64,000 nt of DNA from Candidatus Omnitrophota bacterium. GTDB lineage: Bacteria; Omnitrophota; Gorgyraeia; Gygaellales; Profunditerraquicolaceae. The stretch spans positions 2,491-66,490 of the forward strand of contig JAOAET010000044.1 in NCBI GenBank assembly GCA_026416665.1. Direction: 5' to 3'. Position 1 is the first letter of the stretch. Each line of letters starts with the position of its first letter. The notes beneath the pieces were generated by a model. It saw only the letters and a program-made list of their open reading frames with translations, made no database searches and was not told the origin of the DNA. This document shows, in pieces, positions 21,601 through 28,773 of the stretch. The translations under genes were made by a program, and so were the position numbers.

Positions 21601-23935
21601 CTGTCCAAGTAGCAGTAGGATCCCAGTTATAACAATTACCCCGATTAGTAGATTCAGTCATCTTTACGATAAGTGAATTAAGATTATAGGAGTCCTCAAC
21701 CCAAGTATAAGTAATCAGCCGAACCCCTTTGGGGTCAATATACCAGTATTTTCCTTTCTCTTGCGAAAGTAACTTTATGTGTTTACCATAGGCACCTTCT
21801 AATTCCAAGATGTTCATAATAGTGGTAACCGAACCAGGCTCAAAAAGAAGTTCTTTAGAAGGGCTGGTACAAGTTAAGTTATAAAAACTATTATTTCCAA
21901 AAATAAAAGATGGTCTTGTAGAATCAAAAAATATAACTGTTGACTTCCCTGCCTCAAAAATTCCACCAGTATTTATCCAGCTACCGGCTATGGAAAGTAG
22001 CTGGTTTGTCGCTTGCAAACAGCCGCTACTAAGCAAAATATCTCCATTTATCGCAAGCGAGCGACCAAGAGTAATTATTCCACGATAACCATCAATTACT
22101 AAACCTGCTATTTGGTCTTTGAAATTAGGGTCAACAAAAGAATCTTTGTGAGAGTTTAAAGTAGAAAGGCCGTTAAAGAAAACTACATCAAATGCACTGG
22201 GAACAGTACCCGTATCCCAGTTTGCAGGATCTGACCAAAAATAAGTTTCTCCTTCTCCGATCCAGGAGATTCTAATATCAACATTAGTGTTATTACCAAC
22301 AGAAGTTGAATGCCTTACAATAAGAGGTGGTCCACGTGCATTAAAACAATCTCCAATCTGTGCATAAGCAATATCTGTATCTGCCAAAGGTAAGATTTTC
22401 CATTGTTTACCCGGCTCAGTAGAGACTAAGGTTACAAGATTAGCATAACAACCTTGAATGGTCAAACTTCCCATTACAGTAACTGTCTTGTCTGCCTCTA
22501 CCGTAATCTTTTTTCCTGGAGCGATCACTTGCAAGTTATAAAAAACATTATCTCCACTGATGATACTGGGAAGTTCAGAAATAAATTCCACTGATGACTG
22601 TTGAGCATTAAAATTACCAAAATTAACCCAGTTACGCGCAATATGATAAATGGAATTAGCAGCGTTTAGAGTAACACCCTGACCAATAATTAAAGAACCA
22701 CCTGCAGTTAAATGCGAACCATAATACTGGGTAAAATATGCAGGTTGTGCAGATTGTTTTAAAATGATATCGCCAGCACTATTAACATTGGCAAGTAAAC
22801 CTTTGCCCGAGCTTTGGATAAGAATGTTACCAAACCCACAAGTAGAAATGGTAGTACCTATTGCCTGCAAAAAAGACCCAATTCCATCAAAATCAGCATC
22901 GGCTAAAAATGATAAATTCCCGTTTACTGTGGTAACATCAGCATAAACTTCCACATTCTTGTTTGCTTTAAGTTCAGTATTACCAAATGTTTTCAATTCT
23001 CTATCAATTTTTATAGTCTGACCCGAAAATACTTCTATATTTCCTCTTCGAGCATCTAAGATTCCTGAGATCTCTACATTACGGTTGGCTTTAATTTTTA
23101 TTTTACCACCTTCTTCTACTAAAGTACTGGCTTTTACGATGCCTTTTTGATTAACTGCCTTTTCAAAAATCTGCTCAGCAACTTGGGCGGTCATATACAC
23201 TTGGTGGGCTTCAATTGTTGCTGTATTTAAAACTGCTTCGTTTAGTGGTTTACCATCAAAACCAAATACCTGATTTATAGTTTCTGCGTTAACCTCAAGT
23301 TGGATAAGACCTTTTGTGTCAAAACTAATAGTAACTTTGTTACCTGAAGCAAGTTGCACCGAACCCGCCTGTGCAAAAATAAAACCGTGGTTTTGAACAG
23401 CACTGCCTACTAAAGCAACATTACTTGCTGTAATTTTGCCCTGATTAAGAATTGCCGAAAAGACATTGCTATTTTCAAGAATGTAATTTGCGTTAAGAAA
23501 ATTATTAGTAGCAATATCTAACGTAGAAGCAACTAAGGTTTCTACATGAACCTGCGAAGTAGGGCTAAAACATATACCTTGGGGGTTTATTAAAAAAAGC
23601 GTTCCATTTGCGCTTAAAATTCCTGCAATTTCAGTAGGACTTTGACCTATTACCCGACTTAAAACTCTTGCGTTTTCTGATGGTTGAATAAAATGTACTG
23701 CTTCATTTGAAGCAATGGAGAAAGAATTGAAATTAATTACACAACCATCATCAGCAAAAATTCTCAAAGTAAAAATATTATTGGTAGTTGCAGGGTCTGG
23801 CCGTTCAAAAGTGGCACTGCCATACTCCACTGACTCACCTTCTGGCAGACAATTACCCGAGTGTGCTGTTAGCACTACTAACAGAATAGTCAAAATATTA
23901 AGTAGAACTAACTTTCGTTTTCTTTTAGGTTTCAT
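12602..23935 (-). CDS. Giant two-partner secretion exoprotein (TpsA/filamentous haemagglutinin family) with passenger-associated beta-strand repeats and an RCC1/BLIP-II propeller
   Basis: Signal peptide; TPS domain (FSI...V.FIQP, LSANGTLFLINPQGI); many KxGxGTLxLxGxNTYxG repeats; seven RCC1 repeats near the C-terminus; ShlB-family gene directly upstream. Confidence 0.9.
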   Translation of the reverse strand: MKPKRKRKLVLLNILTILLVVLTAHSGNCLPEGESVEYGSATFERPDPATTNNIFTLRIFADDGCVINFNSFSIASNEAVHFIQPSENARVLSRVIGQSPTEIAGILSANGTLFLINPQGICFSPTSQVHVETLVASTLDIATNNFLNANYILENSNVFSAILNQGKITASNVALVGSAVQNHGFIFAQAGSVQLASGNKVTISFDTKGLIQLEVNAETINQVFGFDGKPLNEAVLNTATIEAHQVYMTAQVAEQIFEKAVNQKGIVKASTLVEEGGKIKIKANRNVEISGILDARRGNIEVFSGQTIKIDRELKTFGNTELKANKNVEVYADVTTVNGNLSFLADADFDGIGSFLQAIGTTISTCGFGNILIQSSGKGLLANVNSAGDIILKQSAQPAYFTQYYGSHLTAGGSLIIGQGVTLNAANSIYHIARNWVNFGNFNAQQSSVEFISELPSIISGDNVFYNLQVIAPGKKITVEADKTVTVMGSLTIQGCYANLVTLVSTEPGKQWKILPLADTDIAYAQIGDCFNARGPPLIVRHSTSVGNNTNVDIRISWIGEGETYFWSDPANWDTGTVPSAFDVVFFNGLSTLNSHKDSFVDPNFKDQIAGLVIDGYRGIITLGRSLAINGDILLSSGCLQATNQLLSIAGSWINTGGIFEAGKSTVIFFDSTRPSFIFGNNSFYNLTCTSPSKELLFEPGSVTTIMNILELEGAYGKHIKLLSQEKGKYWYIDPKGVRLITYTWVEDSYNLNSLIVKMTESTNRGNCYNWDPTATWTGAISEFWSVAGNWTGLGGATPGAGDDLVFPSGVSRLNTYNDLTANTSFNSITITGSGYTLAGNPITLGAGGITTNISGGTNTISLNITLSETRTVTVTNSNETLTISGVISGSAGRGLIKQGQGTLVLGATNTYQGATTINSGTLRIWADSALGQPPASATPGHLTFGGGTLLTTASFTLNANRGIALSSGGGIIDVTSSTVLTYAGVIAGANPLEKRGGGEIVLQGVNTNSSTVTLNGGIFTLSGANGTMTSATFIVNQGAILNLDNSTSGTNNTNRLSDSNAFTLSGGELIFRGTNTPSTNATEIVGMLTLPSGASKVTVFSGTGGQTILTFAGASRSAGATVLFRGTNLGANPQAGNTNIRFTNAAGLNLTGAGGAAGTTSINIIPYAFGDTSATGTGISFVTHNVDTNGNTNGIRPLNLTTEYTQNAFTTNTNVRITVATNFTTNATINSLLIDGNTLTFNTNTRTLTVSSGAVARVSNGDIASSTATSRILAFGNVEGVIWAIGSFNFAPVISGTAGITISGGGTVTFPSSNAAAKTYTGTTTINEGGLTVNLASGIATSSVITVAAPATFTKGDVSLTIASLNLYSGNTAGAQVVLGINALTLGGNITVNLNGTGAVGSTIYTASTGSIALSASRTVTVADGLAENDLTIAVVISGTGYGVTKEGTGTLLLSKANTYTGLTAINAGKLLYGITDTLSSGNVTVNNGAVFDWNSFSDTIGALTVNDGGIVRCSGNGATLTVTSLAINSGPNGGGVVATGQGSLQLNGNVTSTGGSSNALISGNLIMAATRTFTLTNSTDGLTISAVISGAGGLTKAGNGTLTLTGLNTFTGAVTINAGTVVVNSLANTGSASSLGTGTSAISMAASTVLRYIGTGGTTDRSITLTGSGVTIVADGTGPIIFTGGVTGSTYNLILDGSGEGIFRSGVIAITTGSITKNGIGIWTLDAANTYTGVTTVNEGTMVTTILRNGGVASSIGASSNAATNLVLNAGTFKYTGPSTSTDRLFTVGTSGTTLDVSGEGTLTFTGTSINLSGTNVSRTLIFTGTGSGVFSPVITDNGTGVTSVVKNGSGTWFFTAVNTYTGTTIINEGALKIKADSGLGTAPVTPTPSHLILNGGSLRTLSDFTLNANRGILLSKTGAIYVEPGTTLTYAGVIAGANSLEKHGQGTLILQGVNTYSGETTVKQGTLVFSAANGSALDSTSFTIHDEATLILDNSSASNLNRIADTATIKMYGGSFTLIGSNTSAVFETVGPLQIQSGLNYVNVRDSTKGATVITFASLARTEGAIVVFRGKNLGSASGANVATIMFTNAPVLSGAGGAAGTPTVSIIKGAFGSDSLSSAATDMVTYNFDDNPFGLRLLNSGGYSNEYATSLSVPNANVKLTSAVAPVANITINSLILTSSAAIANSSYTLTITSGNVLALEGNAGINASTVLAFGTSSAVIYALGNLNISSQITGSGGLTVAGAGLVTLSNSTNNFTGGIRITEAIIRISEDQALGAGTGDSYLNLFAGTLRTSSSFTLNANRGIFLSGTGTIYTDTGTTLTYNGIITGEGSLIKDGDGSLLLGGNNSFVADLTVNAGSLTLTGVNSYLGTTTINRGTLTLSGSNGTALNCVSFVINSSGSVIVDNSAANNTNRIGNSSSIILRGGEFVFKGTNVSATNAAETIGMLEVAQGASKVTVFSGTGGSTVLTFGAITRDTGATVLFRGNNIGSNPAAGNTNIIFVDPSGLYLVGANTSATNKPIVPYAFGDNSVSGLGTGFVTYNINITDNGPNSNGIRLLDLATEYTQNTLTAGTNVRITSATNAASSVTINSILINGADLSYSANCTLTVTSGAVGRVSTGNIGATASSTSRILQFGYAEGIIFAIGSFYISPAIAGSGGLTISGSGTVEFPTSAASYYGAVKSYTAVTTINEGGLTINLANAIANTSVITVAPNATFTLGNVALTITTLNLYSGSTNAADVVLGAGTLTLLSTGAGSINLFVNGLGAVGSTITTSSSGSIALGASRVITVEDGSANDDLTISVVISGTGFGITKAGLGTLVLSGNNTYTGANVINGGTLAVTVNNALGTNAGNTTVNNATIDFRNVSYSTTEPLILAADSKLICSTGTSSFAGAITMTGTSTIEVKGAQLSLSGTINNGGYRLTVDGTGNTIISNTFTDTGGGGAGSLDKLGTGTLTFSGTVNFEGSVSILAGALTLTNNTLTVSGDWLNKATFNCGTSTVIFSGSSATVDTGGTGNGRDFYKVIINATGTKTFAGPVVINNVLQVDVGTLASDYNITVKGGSVTSSGVGIINVTGGTFTVQGTGNFGGSSNAWNFFNLTFGDGSTVATTTKTGTNTINVNGTLEVKFNHTLQAGNATTWNLVWKSYLVNIRAIASGYDHTIALTQDGYVFAWGCNFFGQLGDNTTDDASRPVQVLSGEQGGGTYLHNIIRIAAGGYHSIALAEDGTVFAWGYNEFGQLGNGSTENSATPVQVHGLNNEGVLSNISKIAAGGFNSAAVSSTGFVYTWGYNGEGELGNGTTQDSYYPVQVLSGEQGGGTYLHDIATVAVGGAHMLALTTDGYVYAWGFNEDGQLGNGSTINSATAVRVLSGEQGAGTYLHNITRISAGDSHSLALSSDGYVFSWGYNNYGQLGDGTTFTRLTAVRVLAGVQGGTYLRNVTDIAAGGAHSLAIADGGYVYSWGQNQGPNNEPWGQLGDGTTINRYTPVKVLAGEQGSETYLHDIVAIAAGGAQTVALSQARPVFNCGNNANGQLGKGDFTVSAVEQIRVLAGSQVGPVIQIVITGTLVNQTATINIYLASTNYTNLTISNRYQANYWLSGNTFIAGNLIIEENAILRAGSYTLTVSGNWTNLGGLFDPGTGKVILNSSTQTQTVRSGGSSFNILTITNTYEGGVAFVDRLVTAYLNAGPGVKKLSFSAASASAPHTITTGFNVSGSAGRLIELAPIVPEMMWYLSAPQTTLSYLKIGYSHQADGKTIIAIRSQDLGGNVNWDIRQ
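13260..14480 (-). repeat. Seven tandem RCC1/BLIP-II repeats of about 57 aa inside TpsA
   Basis: IAAGxxHxxAL..DG.V..WG.N..GQLG.G occurs seven times, most copies with a VLSGEQG.GTYLH linker. Confidence 0.9.
15400..21160 (-). repeat. Large diverged internal duplications in TpsA (three units containing FTLNANRGI; the first and third are offset by about 4.08 kb)
   Basis: GASKVTVFSGTGG, GATVLFRG.N.G.NP.AGNTNI and PYAFGD recur near 20.4-20.65 kb and 16.34-16.57 kb; FTLNANRGI occurs three times. Confidence 0.8.
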
Positions 23936-23949
23936 TTTATTTTTAAAAT

Positions 23950-23971
23950 AAAAAATCCAGGCAAAGCCTGG
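23950..23971 (-). terminator. Intrinsic terminator forming the riboswitch expression platform
   Basis: CCAGGC-UUU-GCCUGG followed by AUUUUUU, just upstream of the TpsA ATG. Confidence 0.75.
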
Positions 23972-23977
23972 TTTGTT

Positions 23978-24069
23978 GCATAGTCACTTCGGTAGCCTGC
24001 CTCTGCCCTAAGCCGCACGGCTTTGCGCGAACTACTTAAAAAGTAGCCTTGCCCTTTCGGTTGCTATGC
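23978..24069 (-). ncRNA. c-di-GMP-I (GEMM-I) riboswitch, variant
   Basis: The minus strand reads AAAGGGCAA-[stem]-GCGCAAAGCC...GGCUACCGAAG, the hallmark GEMM-I core, closed by GCAUAG/CUAUGC and lying between a promoter and a terminator. Confidence 0.8.
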
Positions 24070-24074
24070 TTGAT

Positions 24075-24103
24075 ATTATAATATGATTTTTTCTTTAATT
24101 CAA
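24075..24103 (-). promoter_or_regulatory. Sigma70 promoter of the riboswitch-tpsA transcript
   Basis: TTGAAT-N17-TATAAT. Confidence 0.75.
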
Positions 24104-24225
24104 GTATAACATATATTTATATAGAATACCATCTTATACAAGATAAAATTTTAATTATATTATGTTGGGTCTTTGCGTTTAGCTACAATAGGTTAAGAAA
24201 AGTAACTTAAGTTCTGCAAGGTCTT

Positions 24226-25974
24226 TTATAATTCAAAGTGTAAACTAAAATGGAAGGTAGAAGACCCTTGGCTAGGGCTGGGACGATCACCAACGTGTTC
24301 TGCCCAATCAAGCCGTAAGAAAAAATTGCGGTTAAATTGGAAACGCAAACCCATTCCTGCTGCCGCTAAAAACTTTTGGGACTTTTCTACTTCGTCAGTA
24401 TGCTTTAGTTTTCCCGCACCTATATCACAAAAAATCAGTGGTTGTAACTGGTTACGTAAAGGCATACGTGCACCTTTTAATCGAATGTCATCAGGAATAA
24501 AAGGGAAAAAGAACAACCATTCTAAGTTAAGATATGCTCCTATGTCTGCTAAGTAATCACCTTCGGGATATCCTCTTACTGAATAAACACCCCCTAATTG
24601 AAATTGTTCTGAAGAAGGTAAAGTTCGGCTGGCCCATTGTGCTTTTGAACGCAACCATAAATATGTCTGTGCAGAAGTCTTTTGAACCCTCTGTAACGAC
24701 TGCTCATACTTGAGAAAACTACCTGCCGAAGAGGGCCTACTTGCGCTGGCGTGACCGCGTTCTGAAGCGCCCAAAATATCTTCTAGACTTACTGTCAATC
24801 GTGGTGAAAAACTAGTTTGCCCCCCTGGCCCAAAACGGTCAATCTTTGATAAATCTAGTGAAAAAAACAAAAGGCGCAATTGGTCATTAATAGTAGTTTC
24901 TTTTTGTTCTTTTTTCTTTACTGAGACAATGTCCATACCTACATCAAAATACCCTTCGGTTTCGGCAGTAAGAATGATTTCCTTTGTAATATGCGGTGTG
25001 CCTATTCGTGTGGAAGAAGTAATATCCTGATAACGATACTCCTTGCCAACTTTACTGTCAAACACCGTTAAATCTAAACCCGCTCTTGTTCCATAGGAAT
25101 CAGTAGGAAAAACATAACTTACAAAATAACCTTTGGCATCTTTAGACGACATTACATTGAAAGCGCAAGAATCAAATTTTCCAGTTAGGTTTGTGCTTCG
25201 CGCAAAAAAAGAACGACGATACTTACCACTTAAACGCGTTCCATGATTATCAAAACTTGTTCCTATATGATAAGGAAATTGCTCTTTTACTTTTAAAGTA
25301 ATATCGGTTGTCTGAGGTTGTTGCCCTGAACTTAAAACAGCAGTAACTTCTAAATCAGGATTTTGATTTAACCTTAGTAGATCTTGCTGCAGGGTGAAAA
25401 CATTAAGTAACTGGTTTTCTTTTAGATGGATATATTTTCTAATGAGAGCAGAAGAAAACCATCTGTCTGCCTCAATGGTTATTTTACCTAATTTGCCTTC
25501 AATGACTCTTAATTCTATTCTACCCTCAATAACATCCTGTTCTGGAATATAAACGTCTGTGGTTAAATACCCTTTTTTTCTATACAGGGCCTTTATCTGC
25601 TCAACTATCTCTTCTAATTCACTAAAAGTTACTTCTTTTCCTAAGTATTTTTCATAGTTAGGATAAAAATCTTCCTTTGAAAAAATAGTAGAGCCAGTGA
25701 TGATTACTTCTTTAAGAAGAAAAACTACCCCCTCCTTTTTCAGGACAGGTCTTTCTTCAACCTTAATTGACGGGCTCATCGGTTTTTCTCTCTCAATACG
25801 TTTCTTTTCTTCTTCAATCTCTTTTTTAAAACGGCTTGCCTCTGACCCTGCTTTTGTTGAGACAGGTAAATTTTGCGCAATTACTGGACAAGAAAAAAAA
25901 CTGAAAATAAGAAAGCCGACAATTAATATATTTTTGGTGTAACTATTTCTAAACCAAATAAGTGTTTGAGACAT
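24226..25974 (-). CDS. ShlB/FhaC/HecB-family outer-membrane transporter (TpsB)
   Basis: POTRA region (YRKKGYLTT..IPEQDVIEG..IEG), SEQFQLGG..SVRGY motif, amphipathic C-terminal beta-strand. Confidence 0.92.
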   Translation of the reverse strand: MSQTLIWFRNSYTKNILIVGFLIFSFFSCPVIAQNLPVSTKAGSEASRFKKEIEEEKKRIEREKPMSPSIKVEERPVLKKEGVVFLLKEVIITGSTIFSKEDFYPNYEKYLGKEVTFSELEEIVEQIKALYRKKGYLTTDVYIPEQDVIEGRIELRVIEGKLGKITIEADRWFSSALIRKYIHLKENQLLNVFTLQQDLLRLNQNPDLEVTAVLSSGQQPQTTDITLKVKEQFPYHIGTSFDNHGTRLSGKYRRSFFARSTNLTGKFDSCAFNVMSSKDAKGYFVSYVFPTDSYGTRAGLDLTVFDSKVGKEYRYQDITSSTRIGTPHITKEIILTAETEGYFDVGMDIVSVKKKEQKETTINDQLRLLFFSLDLSKIDRFGPGGQTSFSPRLTVSLEDILGASERGHASASRPSSAGSFLKYEQSLQRVQKTSAQTYLWLRSKAQWASRTLPSSEQFQLGGVYSVRGYPEGDYLADIGAYLNLEWLFFFPFIPDDIRLKGARMPLRNQLQPLIFCDIGAGKLKHTDEVEKSQKFLAAAGMGLRFQFNRNFFLRLDWAEHVGDRPSPSQGSSTFHFSLHFEL

Positions 25975-26100
25975 TATCTTAATAACGCACGTAAAAAGTT
26001 CATCTTTCTTGAGTGGATTATTATCTTAAAATTTTCTACCTGAGAATTGTTCAAATAATTTGGTTCTATTATACCGCTTGACAACAATTCTTCATAGGAA

Positions 26101-26937
26101 TTATTTATGGTGGTTAACAATGTTAATCTTTTCTTGGTTAAGCATACCTAAAAGACAAATAAACTGCTCGAGAGAAACCTGTTCTGCACGAATAGAAGAG
26201 GAAAGTTTTTCTTGTTTAAAAAATTCATCTAAGGTTTCTTCAGGGACAACTTTTTTTAAGGAATTTTTTAACATCTTTCTGCGTTGTTGAAATGCCTGAC
26301 GAATAATAAAGAAAAGATTATCCTCATTTATAGCAGTCTGCCATTTTTTTTGCACTGGCTTAAGATGCACAAAACATGAATCCACTTTAGGTACAGGAAA
26401 AAAACAACTTCTTTTTATGGTAAATAAAATCTTTGGATTACTGTAATATTGCACAAAACAACTAAATGCCCCGTAAAGCCGACTACCAGGAATAGCTTGC
26501 ATGCGTTGGGCAAACTCTTTTTGTACAGTTAAAAATATGTCTTTAATACAATCTCTGGCTAAAAATAGTTTTTCTATAATTGGGCTGGTAATATAGTAAG
26601 GGATATTGCCTACCACAATCAGAGGTCTTTTCAACTTTTGGGAGAAATTTTTAATATCAAAACCCAAAATATCTGCTTGAATGACTTTAACGTTTGTGTT
26701 ATCCTTGAACTCCTCTTCAAGCAACAAAGCCAATTGCTTATCTATTTCTACAGCAAAAAGCTCAACTTTTTTTTTGGCAAGCAACCGTGTTAATACCCCT
26801 TGGCCTGCTCCTATCTCCAAAATGGCCTGGCCCTCTTCAACTGGTATAAAGGAAAGCATTTTCTGCAGGATATTTTTATCCACTAGAAAATGCTGACCTA
26901 AGCTCTTTTTAGGTTTTGGCAACAAGTAATTGCGCAT
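26101..26937 (-). CDS. rsmA: 16S rRNA adenine dimethyltransferase RsmA/KsgA
   Basis: KKSLGQHFL, LEIGAGQG, GNIPYYITSP, PVPKVDS. Confidence 0.96.
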   Translation of the reverse strand: MRNYLLPKPKKSLGQHFLVDKNILQKMLSFIPVEEGQAILEIGAGQGVLTRLLAKKKVELFAVEIDKQLALLLEEEFKDNTNVKVIQADILGFDIKNFSQKLKRPLIVVGNIPYYITSPIIEKLFLARDCIKDIFLTVQKEFAQRMQAIPGSRLYGAFSCFVQYYSNPKILFTIKRSCFFPVPKVDSCFVHLKPVQKKWQTAINEDNLFFIIRQAFQQRRKMLKNSLKKVVPEETLDEFFKQEKLSSSIRAEQVSLEQFICLLGMLNQEKINIVNHHK

Positions 26938-27845
26938 AGAATAGCAGAAATCATTGAGGAAGGATTAGCTTTATTTTTACCGGCAATATCAAAGGCGGTT
27001 CCATGTAAAGGACTGGTGCGCACAAAATCAAGCCCTAAAGTAAGATTAACTCCTTTCTGAGCCCCCAATACCTTAAGAGGAATTAACGCCTGGTCATGAT
27101 ACATAGCAATTACCGCGTCAAAATTTTTATGTAATGCTTCACTTATGGCAATGTCTGCTCCCAAAGGACCTTTAAGGCCAGGAAATTTTTTTCGTAGTTT
27201 ACAAACCACTGGATGAATAATCCTATTCTCTTCTGTGCCAATAAGACCATTATCTGAACCATGGGGATTTATCCCACAAACCACCACACGTGGATTGTTA
27301 ATAGCAAACATTTTAATTAGTGCCTGGTAGGTTTTAATTATAGTGTATTGAATCAACTCAAAGGATAAAACTTTAGAAACCTCTGATAAAGGAATATGTC
27401 GGGTAACTAAACTAAAACGGATTTTTTCATTAAGCAGCAACATTATAGGTTTTTTGTTAGTCTTTTGAGCAAAATATTCTGTGTGTCCGCTATAACAATA
27501 ACCTGCCTTATTAATTGCCTCTTTAGATATGGGGGCAGTAACTAAACAATCAATCTTCTGGCAAGATAATAGTTCCATTGCCTTATCCAAATATAACACA
27601 GATGCCTTTCCATATTCTGCACTTACCTTGCCAAAACTAAAGTTTTTCTTATTTATTACTTTTAAATCAATAAACTCTACATTCTCCAATCTAAAGCGTC
27701 CTGTAAACTGCTGCCACACCCAGGCATCTCCAATAACCACAAACCTGGCTTTATGAGAAAGTCTTTTTATCGCCTCAAAACTTACCTCAGGACCAATACC
27801 TGAGGGGTCTCCCATAGTAATACCTACACACAATTTCTTTTGCAT
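26898..27845 (-). CDS. pdxA: 4-hydroxythreonine-4-phosphate dehydrogenase PdxA
   Basis: ITMGDPSGIGPE, GHTEY, NPH, AMYHDQ, RTSPLHGTAFDIAG. Confidence 0.93.
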   Translation of the reverse strand: MQKKLCVGITMGDPSGIGPEVSFEAIKRLSHKARFVVIGDAWVWQQFTGRFRLENVEFIDLKVINKKNFSFGKVSAEYGKASVLYLDKAMELLSCQKIDCLVTAPISKEAINKAGYCYSGHTEYFAQKTNKKPIMLLLNEKIRFSLVTRHIPLSEVSKVLSFELIQYTIIKTYQALIKMFAINNPRVVVCGINPHGSDNGLIGTEENRIIHPVVCKLRKKFPGLKGPLGADIAISEALHKNFDAVIAMYHDQALIPLKVLGAQKGVNLTLGLDFVRTSPLHGTAFDIAGKNKANPSSMISAILCAITCCQNLKRA

Positions 27846-28769
27846 TTAATTTATTTCTATCCTCTTAATAAAAGCCTTTTTCTTTAACCCTTCAATCCAG
27901 CGCACCATCTCCTGTTGCATCTTCTTTTCATAAAGGATGTTGTGAATTGTTTCACTACTTTCAGCTAAACTCTTCTGGCGTGCAGGAATTATTTCTTTTA
28001 ACTTGAATATATAAAAATTCTCACCTACTTTTACAGGTTGAGATACCCCGCCTAATTTCATAGAAAATAAAACTTCCTCTACTTCTTTTTTCAGTTGTCC
28101 GTCGGCATATGCCTTGAAATCACTTAAAGTAAAACCTGTTATTTCTTTTGCCTTTTGTAGATTATCCGTTTCTGTTAAGATACGAAATGCCTCTTCTGCC
28201 TTTGTCTTATCTTGCCCAATCAAAGTATCAAAAATCCTTTGTTCGGGTATAAAAAAGTCCTGGATGTGATTATCATAGTATTCAGTTATCTCTGAAGGAC
28301 TAATTTTTATCTTTGAACGTACTTTTTTATCTATAATGCCAATCATTAAAAGCTGATTACGGATTTGTTCTTCTAAATCTGCAACTACCATCCCTTGACT
28401 AACTAGTGTCTTTTCAAAATCATCTTGGGAAGAAAATCTCTTCTTAAACTCTTCTTTTTTTGCACGCACACGTGTTTCATCAACATTAATCTTCTCTTTC
28501 TTTGCCTCTTGAAGAATTAATCGGTCTTCAATAAGCCGTTCAAGAATATCCTGGCGTATTTGAACAATCCTTTGTTCTACTTCATCTAAAGGATACTGGC
28601 GGACAAGTTGAACTTTCATAAAATTTAGAAATTGATCTAAATCGCGTTGGGTAATTACTTCCTGATTAACAATTGCGATAATTTTATCTTGTGCAAAAAC
28701 AAAGTGGTTAATTAGATAATTAGATATTATGGCAAAACCAATAAGTAAAAGAAGTTTATTTTTCTTCAT
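27846..28769 (-). CDS. surA: SurA-like periplasmic chaperone/PPIase
   Basis: DKIIAIVNQEVIT SurA N-domain with a degenerate parvulin domain; surA-pdxA-rsmA synteny. Confidence 0.8.
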   Translation of the reverse strand: MKKNKLLLLIGFAIISNYLINHFVFAQDKIIAIVNQEVITQRDLDQFLNFMKVQLVRQYPLDEVEQRIVQIRQDILERLIEDRLILQEAKKEKINVDETRVRAKKEEFKKRFSSQDDFEKTLVSQGMVVADLEEQIRNQLLMIGIIDKKVRSKIKISPSEITEYYDNHIQDFFIPEQRIFDTLIGQDKTKAEEAFRILTETDNLQKAKEITGFTLSDFKAYADGQLKKEVEEVLFSMKLGGVSQPVKVGENFYIFKLKEIIPARQKSLAESSETIHNILYEKKMQQEMVRWIEGLKKKAFIKRIEIN

Positions 28770-28773
28770 ATAA

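Noticed and set aside
12602-23935. Classical autotransporter or CdiA toxin
   Set aside because: There is no C-terminal beta-barrel, VENN/toxin domain or downstream immunity ORF; the TPS domain plus TpsB partner indicates a type Vb exoprotein.
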